From assembly GCA_018402135.1 (NCBI GenBank), contig JAGYJF010000005.1, forward strand, positions 406,209-470,208: 64,000 nt of DNA, given 5' to 3'. The DNA is from Flavobacteriaceae bacterium (GTDB lineage Bacteria; Bacteroidota; Bacteroidia; Flavobacteriales; Flavobacteriaceae). Numbering within the stretch: the first letter of the stretch is position 1; each line of letters begins with the position of its first letter. Below the pieces are notes generated by a model. It ran no database searches. It was not told the DNA's origin and saw nothing but the letters and a program-made list of their open reading frames with translations. Made by a program: the position numbers and the translations under genes. Shown one piece after another: positions 10,235-19,306 of the stretch.

Positions 10235-10278
10235 ATGATTATGGTCATATTTTATGCAAGTCCGTATCAATACATTTG
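10235..10278 (+). promoter_or_regulatory. FNR/CRP-like palindrome and -7 box of the nos operon
   Basis: ATGAT-TATG-GTCAT 10235-10248; TACATTTG 10271-10278 (22-bp gap). Confidence 0.75.
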
Positions 10279-10302
10279 TCTATATCAATAAAAACTAGTA
10301 AA

Positions 10303-10788
10303 ATGAAATCATTAAAATTTTTTATCGTATTTCTATTAATCGCTTTTGTGGGATGCGCTGATAAGAAAGAAAACTCAAAGTCTAAGTCAAATTATTCTAA
10401 AAAAACCACCGAGACACCAGTTAAAAATGCCGTACCTGCTTCTAAACGAGTTGATTTAACGAGTAAAGGCGTAGGTCCAATTACAAGTGTCACTTTAGAT
10501 GAAGTCATTAATAAAGATATGGCATCACATGGAGCTGAGGTATATCAAAAAATGTGCACTGCATGCCATAAAGTGGAGAAAAAACATATTGGACCTTCGC
10601 CCATAGGTATTCTAGAACGTAGAACTCCAGAATGGGTTATGAATATGATTCTAAATCCAGAACAAATGGTAAAAGAAGATGCTTTAGCAAGAGATCTATT
10701 AATTGAATTTAATGGTTCTCCAATGGCAAATCAAAATCTCACAGAAGAAGATGCCAGAGCAGTGCTTGAATATTTTAGAACATTGTAA
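10303..10788 (+). CDS. Monoheme cytochrome c lipoprotein of the clade II nos cluster
   Basis: CTACH heme motif, distal SPM, lipobox FVGC; ATG 10303 lies downstream of the -7 box. Confidence 0.88.
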   Translation: MKSLKFFIVFLLIAFVGCADKKENSKSKSNYSKKTTETPVKNAVPASKRVDLTSKGVGPITSVTLDEVINKDMASHGAEVYQKMCTACHKVEKKHIGPSPIGILERRTPEWVMNMILNPEQMVKEDALARDLLIEFNGSPMANQNLTEEDARAVLEYFRTL

Positions 10789-10858
10789 CTACCACAAGCT
10801 TTATTAAATCGAACTTTTTAATACAGAATTATAACAATTACTAACTAATACAATAACC

Positions 10859-11437
10859 ATGAAAACAACATTGAAATTAATCCTGTGGCCTTTGCTCACT
10901 TTATTTATTTTGAGCTGTAATACCAATGCAGAAAAAGATAAAACAGCAGATACAATCACAACGGAAAAGAGTCAAGAAAAAACAGGTCAAGCTTTTATAG
11001 ACGATAAAAGTGCATTACCGAATGCACTTAAACTTGCTATGGGCTCTGAGGATCATACTACCTTAGTCGCAGCAGTTCAAGCGGCTGAAGTTGAAAATGC
11101 TCTCGTGAATGTTGGACCATTAACCGTATTTGCCCCAACCAACAATGCCTTTGAAAAAATAGATCAAAACACACTCAACGATTTATTAAAACCAGAAAAT
11201 AAATCACAGCTAGCTCTTATACTTACAAATCATGTAGCACCGAGTAATTATCCTATTGAAATGCTCGTGAAAAATGCTGAGAAGAATAGAAAACTATACA
11301 TGGCTTCTGGCGAATATTTAGAGGTGACTAATGTAAACGGTGACCTACTTGTAGGAGGGACCAAAATTGTTGCTACGGTTAAAGTGAGCAACGGTTGGGT
11401 GCATATTGTAGACGATGTGATTTTACCAAAAAACTAA
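10859..11437 (+). CDS. Fasciclin (FAS1) domain lipoprotein
   Basis: GPLTVFAPTNNAF and NGWVHIVDDVI motifs; lipobox ILSC. Confidence 0.9.
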   Translation: MKTTLKLILWPLLTLFILSCNTNAEKDKTADTITTEKSQEKTGQAFIDDKSALPNALKLAMGSEDHTTLVAAVQAAEVENALVNVGPLTVFAPTNNAFEKIDQNTLNDLLKPENKSQLALILTNHVAPSNYPIEMLVKNAEKNRKLYMASGEYLEVTNVNGDLLVGGTKIVATVKVSNGWVHIVDDVILPKN

Positions 11438-11454
11438 TTTTAAACTTAGAATAA

Positions 11455-13407
11455 ATGAAAACAATAAAGAATATTATTTTAGTAATTTCCACGGTTGGAC
11501 TTATCTATAGCTGTGGAAATAATAATGGCGGTAAATCTGGAGCAATGGCTTCAAATAATGCTGAGAAAGTTTATGTTGCTCCAGGTGAACACGACGAATA
11601 TTATGCGTTTATGTCTGGTGGCTATAGTGGTAACGTAACCGTTTACGGATTACCTAGTGGACGAATGTTTAAGGAAATTCCTGTGTTTTCCCAGTTCCCA
11701 ACCTCTGGATATGGTTATTCTGAAGAAACAAAACCAATGTTTAATACTTCTTTTGGATTTGTGCCGTGGGGCGATGCCCACCATCCCGATATTTCTCAAA
11801 CTAATGGCGAGCTAGATGGCAGATGGTTATTTATCAATGAAAACAACACACCAAGAATTGCCAGAATTAGTTTGACTACTTTCGAAACTGAAGAAATAAT
11901 TGAAATACCAAACAGCGCGGGTAACCATGCATCTTCTTTCGTAACAGAAAATACAGAGTATATAGTAGCTGGAACTCGTTTCGCCGTGCCAAACCCTCAA
12001 AAAGATATGCCAATTAGCGATATGAAAGGTGAATTTAAAGGCCCATTAACATTTATTGCTATTGATGATGAAGGTCATATGAAAATTGATTTTCAGCTTA
12101 ATATGCCAGGCTTTAATTACGATTTAGCGCATCCTGGAAGAAACAAATCACACGGCTGGTTCTTCTTCACCAGTTATAATACTGAAGAAGCCAACACACT
12201 TTTAGAAGTAAACGCTTCACAAAATGACAAAGATTATGTTGTGGCAGTAAATTGGAAAATGTTATCCGAATATGTCGCCAACGGCGGCGGAGAAAAGGTT
12301 GCAGGAACTTATGCTCATAATGTTTACAACGAAAAAACACATTCAGCTACATCTACCATGATGGAAGGTGTGATTTCTATTGATCCGAGAAAAGTTGAAG
12401 GTGCAGTTTATTACATACCAATTCCAAAAAGCCCTCACGGAATTGATGTAGATCCATCGGGAGAATATATAGTTGGAAGTGGTAAACTTTCTACCGACCT
12501 TAGTATTTATTCATTCACAAAAATTCAACAAGCTATAGCTAATAAGGATTTTGAAGGTGACGCTTACGGTATTCCAGTATTAAATTATGAAAATACTCTA
12601 ACGGGCGTTGTTACCCAAGCGGGCTTAGGGCCTTTACATACTGAATTTGACGGTAGAGGGAATGCGTATACTACCTTCTTTATCTCATCTGAAGTAGTTA
12701 AATGGAAGTTGGAAACTTGGGAAGTTTTAGATAGACTACCAACTTATTATTCTGTCGGTCACTTGATGATTCCTGGTGGAAACTCTAGAACGCCTGATGC
12801 TAAGTACATGGTAGCCATGAATAAAATAACCAAAGACCGTTATTTGCCAACTGGTCCAGAATTAGAGCATTCGGCCCAGCTATACGATATTACAAGTGAT
12901 AAAATGGAATTGATATACGATTTTCCAACCCACGGAGAACCTCACTATGCGGCAGGAATTGCAGCTAGTAAAATTAAAGATAATGTAAAAAAATACTACG
13001 ATTTAGAAGACAATGATCATCCCTATGTAGCAAAAAGTGAAAGTGAAACCAAAGTGGTTAGAAACGGCAATGAAGTGCATGTGTATATGACGATGATTAG
13101 AAGTCACTTTGCACCCGATAATATTGAAGGTATTAAAGTAGGAGACAAGGTTTATTTTCATATCACAAACTTAGAACAAGATTTTGACGTGCCACACGGT
13201 TTTGCGATGATTGGTGCCAATACGGCAGAACTTCTTATAATGCCAGGGCAAACCAAAACGTCTACTTGGGAGCCTAAACGTGAAGGTGTTTGGCCATTTT
13301 ATTGTACAGATTTCTGCTCTGCACTACATCAAGAAATGCAAGGTTATGTTAGGGTTTCAGCAAAAAACTCTAATACAGAATTAAAATGGTCCTTAGACGA
13401 AGAGTAA
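11455..13407 (+). CDS. nosZ: Sec-dependent (clade II) nitrous-oxide reductase
   Basis: CuZ His motifs DAHH, GNH, PHG, GPLH, VGH, EPH; CuA HG…CTDFCSALHQEM; no twin-arginine motif; lipobox IYSC; no C-terminal cytochrome c. Confidence 0.97.
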   Translation: MKTIKNIILVISTVGLIYSCGNNNGGKSGAMASNNAEKVYVAPGEHDEYYAFMSGGYSGNVTVYGLPSGRMFKEIPVFSQFPTSGYGYSEETKPMFNTSFGFVPWGDAHHPDISQTNGELDGRWLFINENNTPRIARISLTTFETEEIIEIPNSAGNHASSFVTENTEYIVAGTRFAVPNPQKDMPISDMKGEFKGPLTFIAIDDEGHMKIDFQLNMPGFNYDLAHPGRNKSHGWFFFTSYNTEEANTLLEVNASQNDKDYVVAVNWKMLSEYVANGGGEKVAGTYAHNVYNEKTHSATSTMMEGVISIDPRKVEGAVYYIPIPKSPHGIDVDPSGEYIVGSGKLSTDLSIYSFTKIQQAIANKDFEGDAYGIPVLNYENTLTGVVTQAGLGPLHTEFDGRGNAYTTFFISSEVVKWKLETWEVLDRLPTYYSVGHLMIPGGNSRTPDAKYMVAMNKITKDRYLPTGPELEHSAQLYDITSDKMELIYDFPTHGEPHYAAGIAASKIKDNVKKYYDLEDNDHPYVAKSESETKVVRNGNEVHVYMTMIRSHFAPDNIEGIKVGDKVYFHITNLEQDFDVPHGFAMIGANTAELLIMPGQTKTSTWEPKREGVWPFYCTDFCSALHQEMQGYVRVSAKNSNTELKWSLDEE

Positions 13408-13458
13408 CATTTTAAGAATAATAAAATTAATTATTAGTGTTATTGATTTTTATAACTC

Positions 13459-13490
13459 AGGGCGAGCGAGTTGGTTTGCTTGCCCTTTTT
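13459..13490 (+). terminator. Intra-operon terminator-like hairpin after nosZ
   Basis: AGGGCGAGCGA…TTGCTTGCCCT (with G-U pairs) followed by a T run. Confidence 0.65.
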
Positions 13491-13574
13491 GTTCTTTTAA
13501 AAGCATCTTTAAAATTATTAACCAATACATAAAATTTCTGCTTTTAAAAATTAAACATCCAAAATTATTTCAAA

Positions 13575-14183
13575 ATGAAATCAGCGAGTATATTAATGAT
13601 TATTGGGTCGGCACTCCTAATGGGATTGTTTTTATTTCCTCTTTGGAATATTGTGCTAGAAGCACCACAATACCCAAATGGTATAGGCATGAACATACAT
13701 ATAGATGGGTTGCAAGGAAGAGATAAACACGATCTGCAAAACATAGATGGTTTAAACCATTATATTGGTATGAGAAAATTGCCAAAAGCAGACGAGATGT
13801 GGGAGTTTTCTACCTTTCCCTTAGTAATTGGCGGTATGTCTGCTCTTGGTGTTTTAATAGGCATTTTGGGCTTTTTTAAAGTATTAGGTTATAAATGGTT
13901 TTTATTCTGGTTAATTTTAATGACCACTTTAGGTGTTTTAGGAATGTACGATTTTAATGCCTGGATGGTAGACTATGGTACCAATTTAGATCCTAAAGCC
14001 ATCATGAAAATGACCGATGCCGATGGTAATCCGTTGAGCTATAAACCACCACTTTTCGGAACTAAAGATATCTTAAATTTCAGAGCACATTCGTACCCTA
14101 GTTTAGGAGCCTATTTAATGGGATTAGGGATGTTATTAACCTTAGCGGCTTTTTGGATAGGTAGAAAAAAAACTTTAAAATGA
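13575..14183 (+). CDS. nosB: Clade II nos membrane protein
   Basis: PLWNIVLEAPQYP, LNHYIGM, YGTNLDP; four hydrophobic segments; directly after nosZ. Confidence 0.8.
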   Translation: MKSASILMIIGSALLMGLFLFPLWNIVLEAPQYPNGIGMNIHIDGLQGRDKHDLQNIDGLNHYIGMRKLPKADEMWEFSTFPLVIGGMSALGVLIGILGFFKVLGYKWFLFWLILMTTLGVLGMYDFNAWMVDYGTNLDPKAIMKMTDADGNPLSYKPPLFGTKDILNFRAHSYPSLGAYLMGLGMLLTLAAFWIGRKKTLK

Positions 14184-14641
14184 TGAAACTAACAAATTAT
14201 CTTTTTTTACTAATACTAATTGTTTTTGGATGCAATAAAGCACCTGAACCAATTAACTACGGCATTGAGGTCTGTAATTTTTGTCAAATGACAATAGTTT
14301 CAAAAGCACATGCGGCTCAGTTAGTAACCCAAAAGGGCAAACAGCTAAAGTTTGATGCTATTGAATGTATGATAAATCATTTTAGAGATTCTAATCACGA
14401 AGAAAATTCAGAGGTATTGTTAGTCGCTAATTTGTACAACCCAGGTGAAATGTTAAGTGCAAAGGATGCTACTTACTTAATCAGTCCAAACATTCAAAGC
14501 CCGATGGGAGCAAATTTATCAGCCTTTAAAACAAAAAATGAAGCTAATAAGGCATTAGACAAACACGAAGGAACCATCTATACATGGGAAACGTTGAAGT
14601 TAAAAATGAATATCGAATCTGGTGATTTACTTAAACAATAA
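14180..14641 (+). CDS. nosL: Copper chaperone lipoprotein
   Basis: CNFCQM, FDAIEC, SPMG motifs; lipobox VFGC. Confidence 0.9.
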   Translation: MMKLTNYLFLLILIVFGCNKAPEPINYGIEVCNFCQMTIVSKAHAAQLVTQKGKQLKFDAIECMINHFRDSNHEENSEVLLVANLYNPGEMLSAKDATYLISPNIQSPMGANLSAFKTKNEANKALDKHEGTIYTWETLKLKMNIESGDLLKQ

Positions 14642-14650
14642 TTTTGAATA

Positions 14651-15901
14651 ATGACCACCTTAAATCATTTTTTAATACTTCTCTTAGCTTTGTTTTTTTG
14701 CCATTCTGTTAATGCCAAAACCCTTAATATATGCGTTACGGGTTGTAGTTATAATTCAATTCAAAAAGCAGTAGATGAAGCAGAAAGTGGAGATACTTTA
14801 ATCATTAAAAAAGGAGTTTACAAAGAATTTGACATCACTATTTATAAAAAGTCACTTTATATTTCTGGTGAAAAAGGAACCATTATAGACGTCGATAATA
14901 AAGGATATGGCTTTAGAGTAGAGGCGACAGATATAACTTTAAAAAATATTACCATCAAAAATATTTTAATGAGTTATACGAAAGAATACGCAGCCTTATT
15001 TTTATTTAAGTCGTACGATTTCGTTCTGGAAAATATTAAAATTGAAGGCGCCTTTTTTGGAATCCTAATTCAAAAGTCTAAAGATGGTAAGATTTTAAAT
15101 AACATAATTTCAGGTGAAGGAACTACAGAGGCTAACACGGGAAACGCGATTCATTTATGGCATTCAGAACGCATAGTTATTCAAAATAACAAAGTTCAAA
15201 AAATGCGAGATGGTATTTATATTGAATTTGGTAACTTTTGTATAATAAACAATAATGTGTCCAAAAACAACTTGCGCTACGGTCTTCATTTTATGTTTAG
15301 TAATGACAACGTTTATACCAATAATATGTTTAATAATAATGGTGCTGGCGTAGCGGTCATGTTTTCGAAGAAAATAAAAATGATTAACAATACCTTCAAA
15401 AAAAACTGGGGTCCAACCTCTTATGGTCTACTGCTTAAAGAGATTAACGATGCCGAAATTAAAAACAATTTATTTGAAGATAACACGATTGGAATTAACG
15501 TTGATGGCACTAACAGAATTAATTATACCGAAAACACATTTTACAACAATGGTTACGCAGTAAAAGTTCTAGGCGCTTGTTACACCAATATTTTTACGCA
15601 CAATAACTTTTTGCATAACACTTTTGATTTATCTTATTCTGGAGCTTTAAACAGTAACAAGTTCGAGGAAAATTATTGGAGCAGTTATGTGGGATATGAT
15701 TTAGATAAAAACGGAATAGGAGATGTGCCTTACAGGCCTGTAAAACTCTATTCATATTTGGTAAATAGAACACCTGAAGCTATTGTTTTGCTGAGAAGTT
15801 TGTTTATTGATATTGTTGATTTTTCAGAAAAAGTATCTCCGGTTTTTACACCTGAAAACTTAGTGGATAATAAACCCTTAATGAAAAAAATAGAATGGTA
15901 G
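14651..15901 (+). CDS. nosD: N2O reductase maturation protein (beta-helix)
   Basis: GNAIHLW, RDGIY, RYGLHFMFS, NYWSSY.GYDLD..GIGDVPY. Confidence 0.93.
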   Translation: MTTLNHFLILLLALFFCHSVNAKTLNICVTGCSYNSIQKAVDEAESGDTLIIKKGVYKEFDITIYKKSLYISGEKGTIIDVDNKGYGFRVEATDITLKNITIKNILMSYTKEYAALFLFKSYDFVLENIKIEGAFFGILIQKSKDGKILNNIISGEGTTEANTGNAIHLWHSERIVIQNNKVQKMRDGIYIEFGNFCIINNNVSKNNLRYGLHFMFSNDNVYTNNMFNNNGAGVAVMFSKKIKMINNTFKKNWGPTSYGLLLKEINDAEIKNNLFEDNTIGINVDGTNRINYTENTFYNNGYAVKVLGACYTNIFTHNNFLHNTFDLSYSGALNSNKFEENYWSSYVGYDLDKNGIGDVPYRPVKLYSYLVNRTPEAIVLLRSLFIDIVDFSEKVSPVFTPENLVDNKPLMKKIEW

Positions 15902-16602
15902 TTGTACAAGACCTTCATAAAAATTTTAAAAAAAATCTTGTTTTACAAGGATTAAATCTTAACATAGAAATTGGTAAAACCACTGCTATTTTAGGTCCAA
16001 ATGGTTCGGGAAAAACGACACTTATAAAAATTATTTTAGGGATGGTAATTCCGTCTAAAGGCGAGGTGAAGTTTAATGACATTAATATAAAAAATAACTG
16101 GATTTATAGGAAGGAGATTGATTATCTACCACAAATTGCTGATTTTCCTTCAAATATAAAAGTGATTGAGCTCATCAATATGATTAAAGATTTACGCAAT
16201 AAACCTGCAAAAGATCAAGAACTTATTAAATATTTTAATTTAGGCAAATACCTTAATACCAATCTAGGAAATTTATCTGGTGGTTATAAGCAGAAGGTGA
16301 ACCTATTATTAACGTTTATGTTTGATAGTCCGTTTATAATTTTAGACGAACCTACATCAGGCTTAGACCCAATTTCGCTAATTAAGTTGAAAGACTATAT
16401 CAAGAAAGAACAACAAAAGGGTAAAACTATCATTATAACCTCACATGTTATGAATTTTGTTGAAGAAATCGCCAATCACATCATATTTATTCTAGATGGT
16501 AAAGTTTATTTTGATGGTAGCCTAAAAAATTTGAAAACACAAACCAATAATGACGACTTTGAACATGCCATTGCTAATATTTTAAGAGATAACAATGTTT
16601 AA
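15895..16602 (+). CDS. nosF: ABC ATPase for CuZ maturation
   Basis: GPNGSGKT, LSGG, ILDEPTSGLD; lies between nosD and nosY. Confidence 0.88.
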   Translation: MVVVQDLHKNFKKNLVLQGLNLNIEIGKTTAILGPNGSGKTTLIKIILGMVIPSKGEVKFNDINIKNNWIYRKEIDYLPQIADFPSNIKVIELINMIKDLRNKPAKDQELIKYFNLGKYLNTNLGNLSGGYKQKVNLLLTFMFDSPFIILDEPTSGLDPISLIKLKDYIKKEQQKGKTIIITSHVMNFVEEIANHIIFILDGKVYFDGSLKNLKTQTNNDDFEHAIANILRDNNV

Positions 16603-17377
16603 AATTCTAAAATACAGTTTTTACGATTTAGCTCGAAGCCGTTGGAGTTATATTTACTTTTTGTTTTATTTATTGCTGAGTTTTGTTCTCTTGTTTCTAA
16701 ATAACGATTTATCTAAAGCAATCATAACACTCATGAATGTGGTGCTAATTCTAGTGCCCCTGATAGGTACCATTTTCGGTGTAATGTACTATTACAATTC
16801 TCAAGAATTTACAACGCTTCTAATGGCACAACCCATAAAGAGGCAATCTATATTTTTAGGACAGTATTTTGGCGTGGCCTGTTCACTTTCAATTAGTCTT
16901 TTTTTTGGATTAGGTATTCCGTTTGCAATGTATGGGTTGTTTCAGTCTGCAGTTGTTCTTAACTTTATTATTTTGCTTGTAACAGGAGTATTTCTTACCT
17001 TCATTTTTACCGCTTTGGCTTATAATATCGCATTATCTAATCTAAATAAAATAAAAGGTTTTGGTTATGCTATTCTTCTTTGGTTGTTTTTGGCTGTCAT
17101 ATACGATGGCTTGTTTTTAATAGCCTTGGTAATGTTTCAAGAATACCCTTTAGACAATTTTTCACTGATAGGAATGTTATTAAACCCAATAGATTTAGCC
17201 AGAACTCTCATTATTTTAAAACTTGATATTTCCGCGTTACTAGGCTACACAGGTGCGGTGTTTAAATCGTTTTTTGACACCAACAAAGGATTTATTATTT
17301 CCTTTTTAATGTTGATAATTTGGGTGTTATTACCTGTTTTAAGAATATATTTAGTATCAAAAAAGAAAGATTTCTAA
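16595..17377 (+). CDS. nosY: ABC permease for CuZ maturation
   Basis: Multi-pass membrane protein with LLMAQPIKR and LLNPIDLAR; follows nosF. Confidence 0.85.
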   Translation: MFKILKYSFYDLARSRWSYIYFLFYLLLSFVLLFLNNDLSKAIITLMNVVLILVPLIGTIFGVMYYYNSQEFTTLLMAQPIKRQSIFLGQYFGVACSLSISLFFGLGIPFAMYGLFQSAVVLNFIILLVTGVFLTFIFTALAYNIALSNLNKIKGFGYAILLWLFLAVIYDGLFLIALVMFQEYPLDNFSLIGMLLNPIDLARTLIILKLDISALLGYTGAVFKSFFDTNKGFIISFLMLIIWVLLPVLRIYLVSKKKDF

Positions 17378-17826
17378 TGAAAACAATTGTATTTAAAATA
17401 GTGTGTGCTATTTGTATGTTGATGGTGTTTGCTAGTTGTAATGAAATTCAAAATAAAGCTATAAATGAAGAACAACTAATTTTAGTTGATACCATTCCTT
17501 TAAAGCTAGTTAACGGCGAAAAATGGAAAGCTAATGTTGAAACAGCTGTTGGTATGCAACAGATAGAATCGATACTCAAAAAATTTAAAGATCTCAAGCG
17601 CCGTGATTATAAAAATCTAGCAGCGATCCTTTCAAAAGAAACCAGCGCAATTATAAAAAGTTGTAATATGACTGGTGAAGCTCATGACCAACTACATTTG
17701 GTTTTAGTGCCAATTTTAGAACAGGTTATGGTTTTAAAAGAAGACCATAACATCACCGATAAAAATACCGCCGTTAAAAATATTGAAAATTTAACCGGAG
17801 TGTACTATCGCTATTTTAATGACTGA
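17377..17826 (+). CDS. Small helical lipoprotein, DnrO-like (putative metal binding)
   Basis: ATG overlaps the nosY stop (TAATG); lipobox FASC; GEKWKAN…GM and CNMTGEAHDQLH motifs. Confidence 0.6.
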   Translation: MKTIVFKIVCAICMLMVFASCNEIQNKAINEEQLILVDTIPLKLVNGEKWKANVETAVGMQQIESILKKFKDLKRRDYKNLAAILSKETSAIIKSCNMTGEAHDQLHLVLVPILEQVMVLKEDHNITDKNTAVKNIENLTGVYYRYFND

Positions 17827-17866
17827 CATTTGTCATTTTTAAAAAATTAATTACGTCACAGTTTTA
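17823..17866 (+). promoter_or_regulatory. FNR/CRP-like palindrome with degenerate -7 box upstream of the copper module
   Basis: CTGAC-ATTT-GTCAT 17823-17836; CAGTTTTA 17859-17866 (22-bp gap). Confidence 0.55.
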
Positions 17867-17870
17867 ACGA

Positions 17871-18269
17871 ATGAAAATTTCGACTTTACATAAAATAACT
17901 GCACTTATTCTGGTGGTTTTGTTGTGTTTCAACAATCTTAAAACCATACTTACAGTTAGTGATTTTATTTACAGACAAGCCGAAATAGCAAAAAATTTAT
18001 GTATTCAAAAAGACAATCAGCAAGGCTGCAATGGTAAATGTCAACTAAAAATAGCTCTGGCCGAAAGTAATTCAGAATCCAACCCTTACGATATTCCTGC
18101 CGTCAACCGCACCAAACTGGATGTTTTTCAAAGCTCCGAGGTCATTCAAATTAAACTTGAAAATACTGAAATGACCGATGCCAATCTCATAAAAACGGTT
18201 TATATACCATTCTTTTTAATTTCTTCAACCCTCGAGGTAGCTACACCGCCACCCAAGTATTTCATTTAA
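17871..18269 (+). CDS. Cys-motif small membrane/secreted protein with C-terminal Pro run (DUF2946/CruR-like layout)
   Basis: Hydrophobic N-terminus, LC…GCNGKCQL, ends ATPPPKYFI. Confidence 0.6.
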   Translation: MKISTLHKITALILVVLLCFNNLKTILTVSDFIYRQAEIAKNLCIQKDNQQGCNGKCQLKIALAESNSESNPYDIPAVNRTKLDVFQSSEVIQIKLENTEMTDANLIKTVYIPFFLISSTLEVATPPPKYFI

Positions 18270-18358
18270 TAAATTTTGTTTTAAATCAATGAGTTAGACT
18301 ATTTTTTATAGTTCTAACAGTGATGCCCTATCTAAGTTTTAATTTAAAAATATAAAAA

Positions 18359-19204
18359 ATGAAATCTCTATATCTATTACTTTTTGCCTTATTAATTATT
18401 GTTTCATCTTGTAGTACATCAGACGATTCTGATAACCAACCAATCAATGAAATTCAAGACCTTTTACGCGTTCAAGAACTCGAAAATGAGTCGCATATTA
18501 TAGAACTTTACACCAGTTCCGGAAAGTTCTATACCGGTTATAACCATATAAGTTTACGTATTAAAAATAAAATTTCTAATCAATTCGAAACAGGTGCGTC
18601 TTTAACATGGATGCCGGTGATGCAAATGCCAACCATGCAACATTCTTGTCCAAAGTCAGGGATTGTAAAAGAATTAGGTAAAGATACTGTTTTTGAAGGA
18701 TTTATAATCTTTCAAATGACTAATACTGATGCATCAGGATGGTCTTTAAAATTTGATTATCAAGTTAATGGTGAGCAATTTACAGTAACCGAAAACATTG
18801 AGGTTTTTCAACATGCGCAAAAAAATGTCACCGCATTTATGGGTTCAGATAATACCAGATATGTCTTAGCTAATATAGGTCCGGCACAGCCAATAATTGG
18901 AAACAACGATTTAACTCTTGGTTTGTATAAAATGGAAAACATGATGACTTTTCCGGTGGTTATTAACTATACTATTACGTTGGACCCAAGAATGCCTGGT
19001 ATGGGAAATCACAGTTCACCCAATAATACTGATTTAACTTACTCTGCGGTCGATAATTTTTATCACGGTAATCTGACGCTAACCATGACAGGTTATTGGG
19101 TGCTAAATTTTCAATTACTTAATGGAAGCAATGAAGTTTTAAAAGGTGAGCCGGTTACCGATGAGAACATACAAAGTAGTCTTTTTCTAGAGTTAGAATT
19201 TTAG
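18359..19204 (+). CDS. Met/His-rich two-domain lipoprotein (YtkA/FixH-like, putative copper binding)
   Basis: Lipobox VSSC followed by STSDDSD; motifs WMPVMQMPTMQHSCP and PRMPGMGNHSSP…MTGYW. Confidence 0.65.
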   Translation: MKSLYLLLFALLIIVSSCSTSDDSDNQPINEIQDLLRVQELENESHIIELYTSSGKFYTGYNHISLRIKNKISNQFETGASLTWMPVMQMPTMQHSCPKSGIVKELGKDTVFEGFIIFQMTNTDASGWSLKFDYQVNGEQFTVTENIEVFQHAQKNVTAFMGSDNTRYVLANIGPAQPIIGNNDLTLGLYKMENMMTFPVVINYTITLDPRMPGMGNHSSPNNTDLTYSAVDNFYHGNLTLTMTGYWVLNFQLLNGSNEVLKGEPVTDENIQSSLFLELEF

Positions 19205-19306
19205 CAGATACTTTATTTCGCAAACAAAGTTTTCGGGTAAATTATCTTATCTAATGGTCATTCACTCGAAAGCTTTCAATACAATTTTAATATTAAAAAC
19301 TTAACG

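Noticed and set aside
13443-13456. TTGAT-TTTT-ATAAC as an extra FNR-like site before nosB
   Set aside because: Poor right half-site, and no -7 box at the 22-bp spacing seen at the other five sites.
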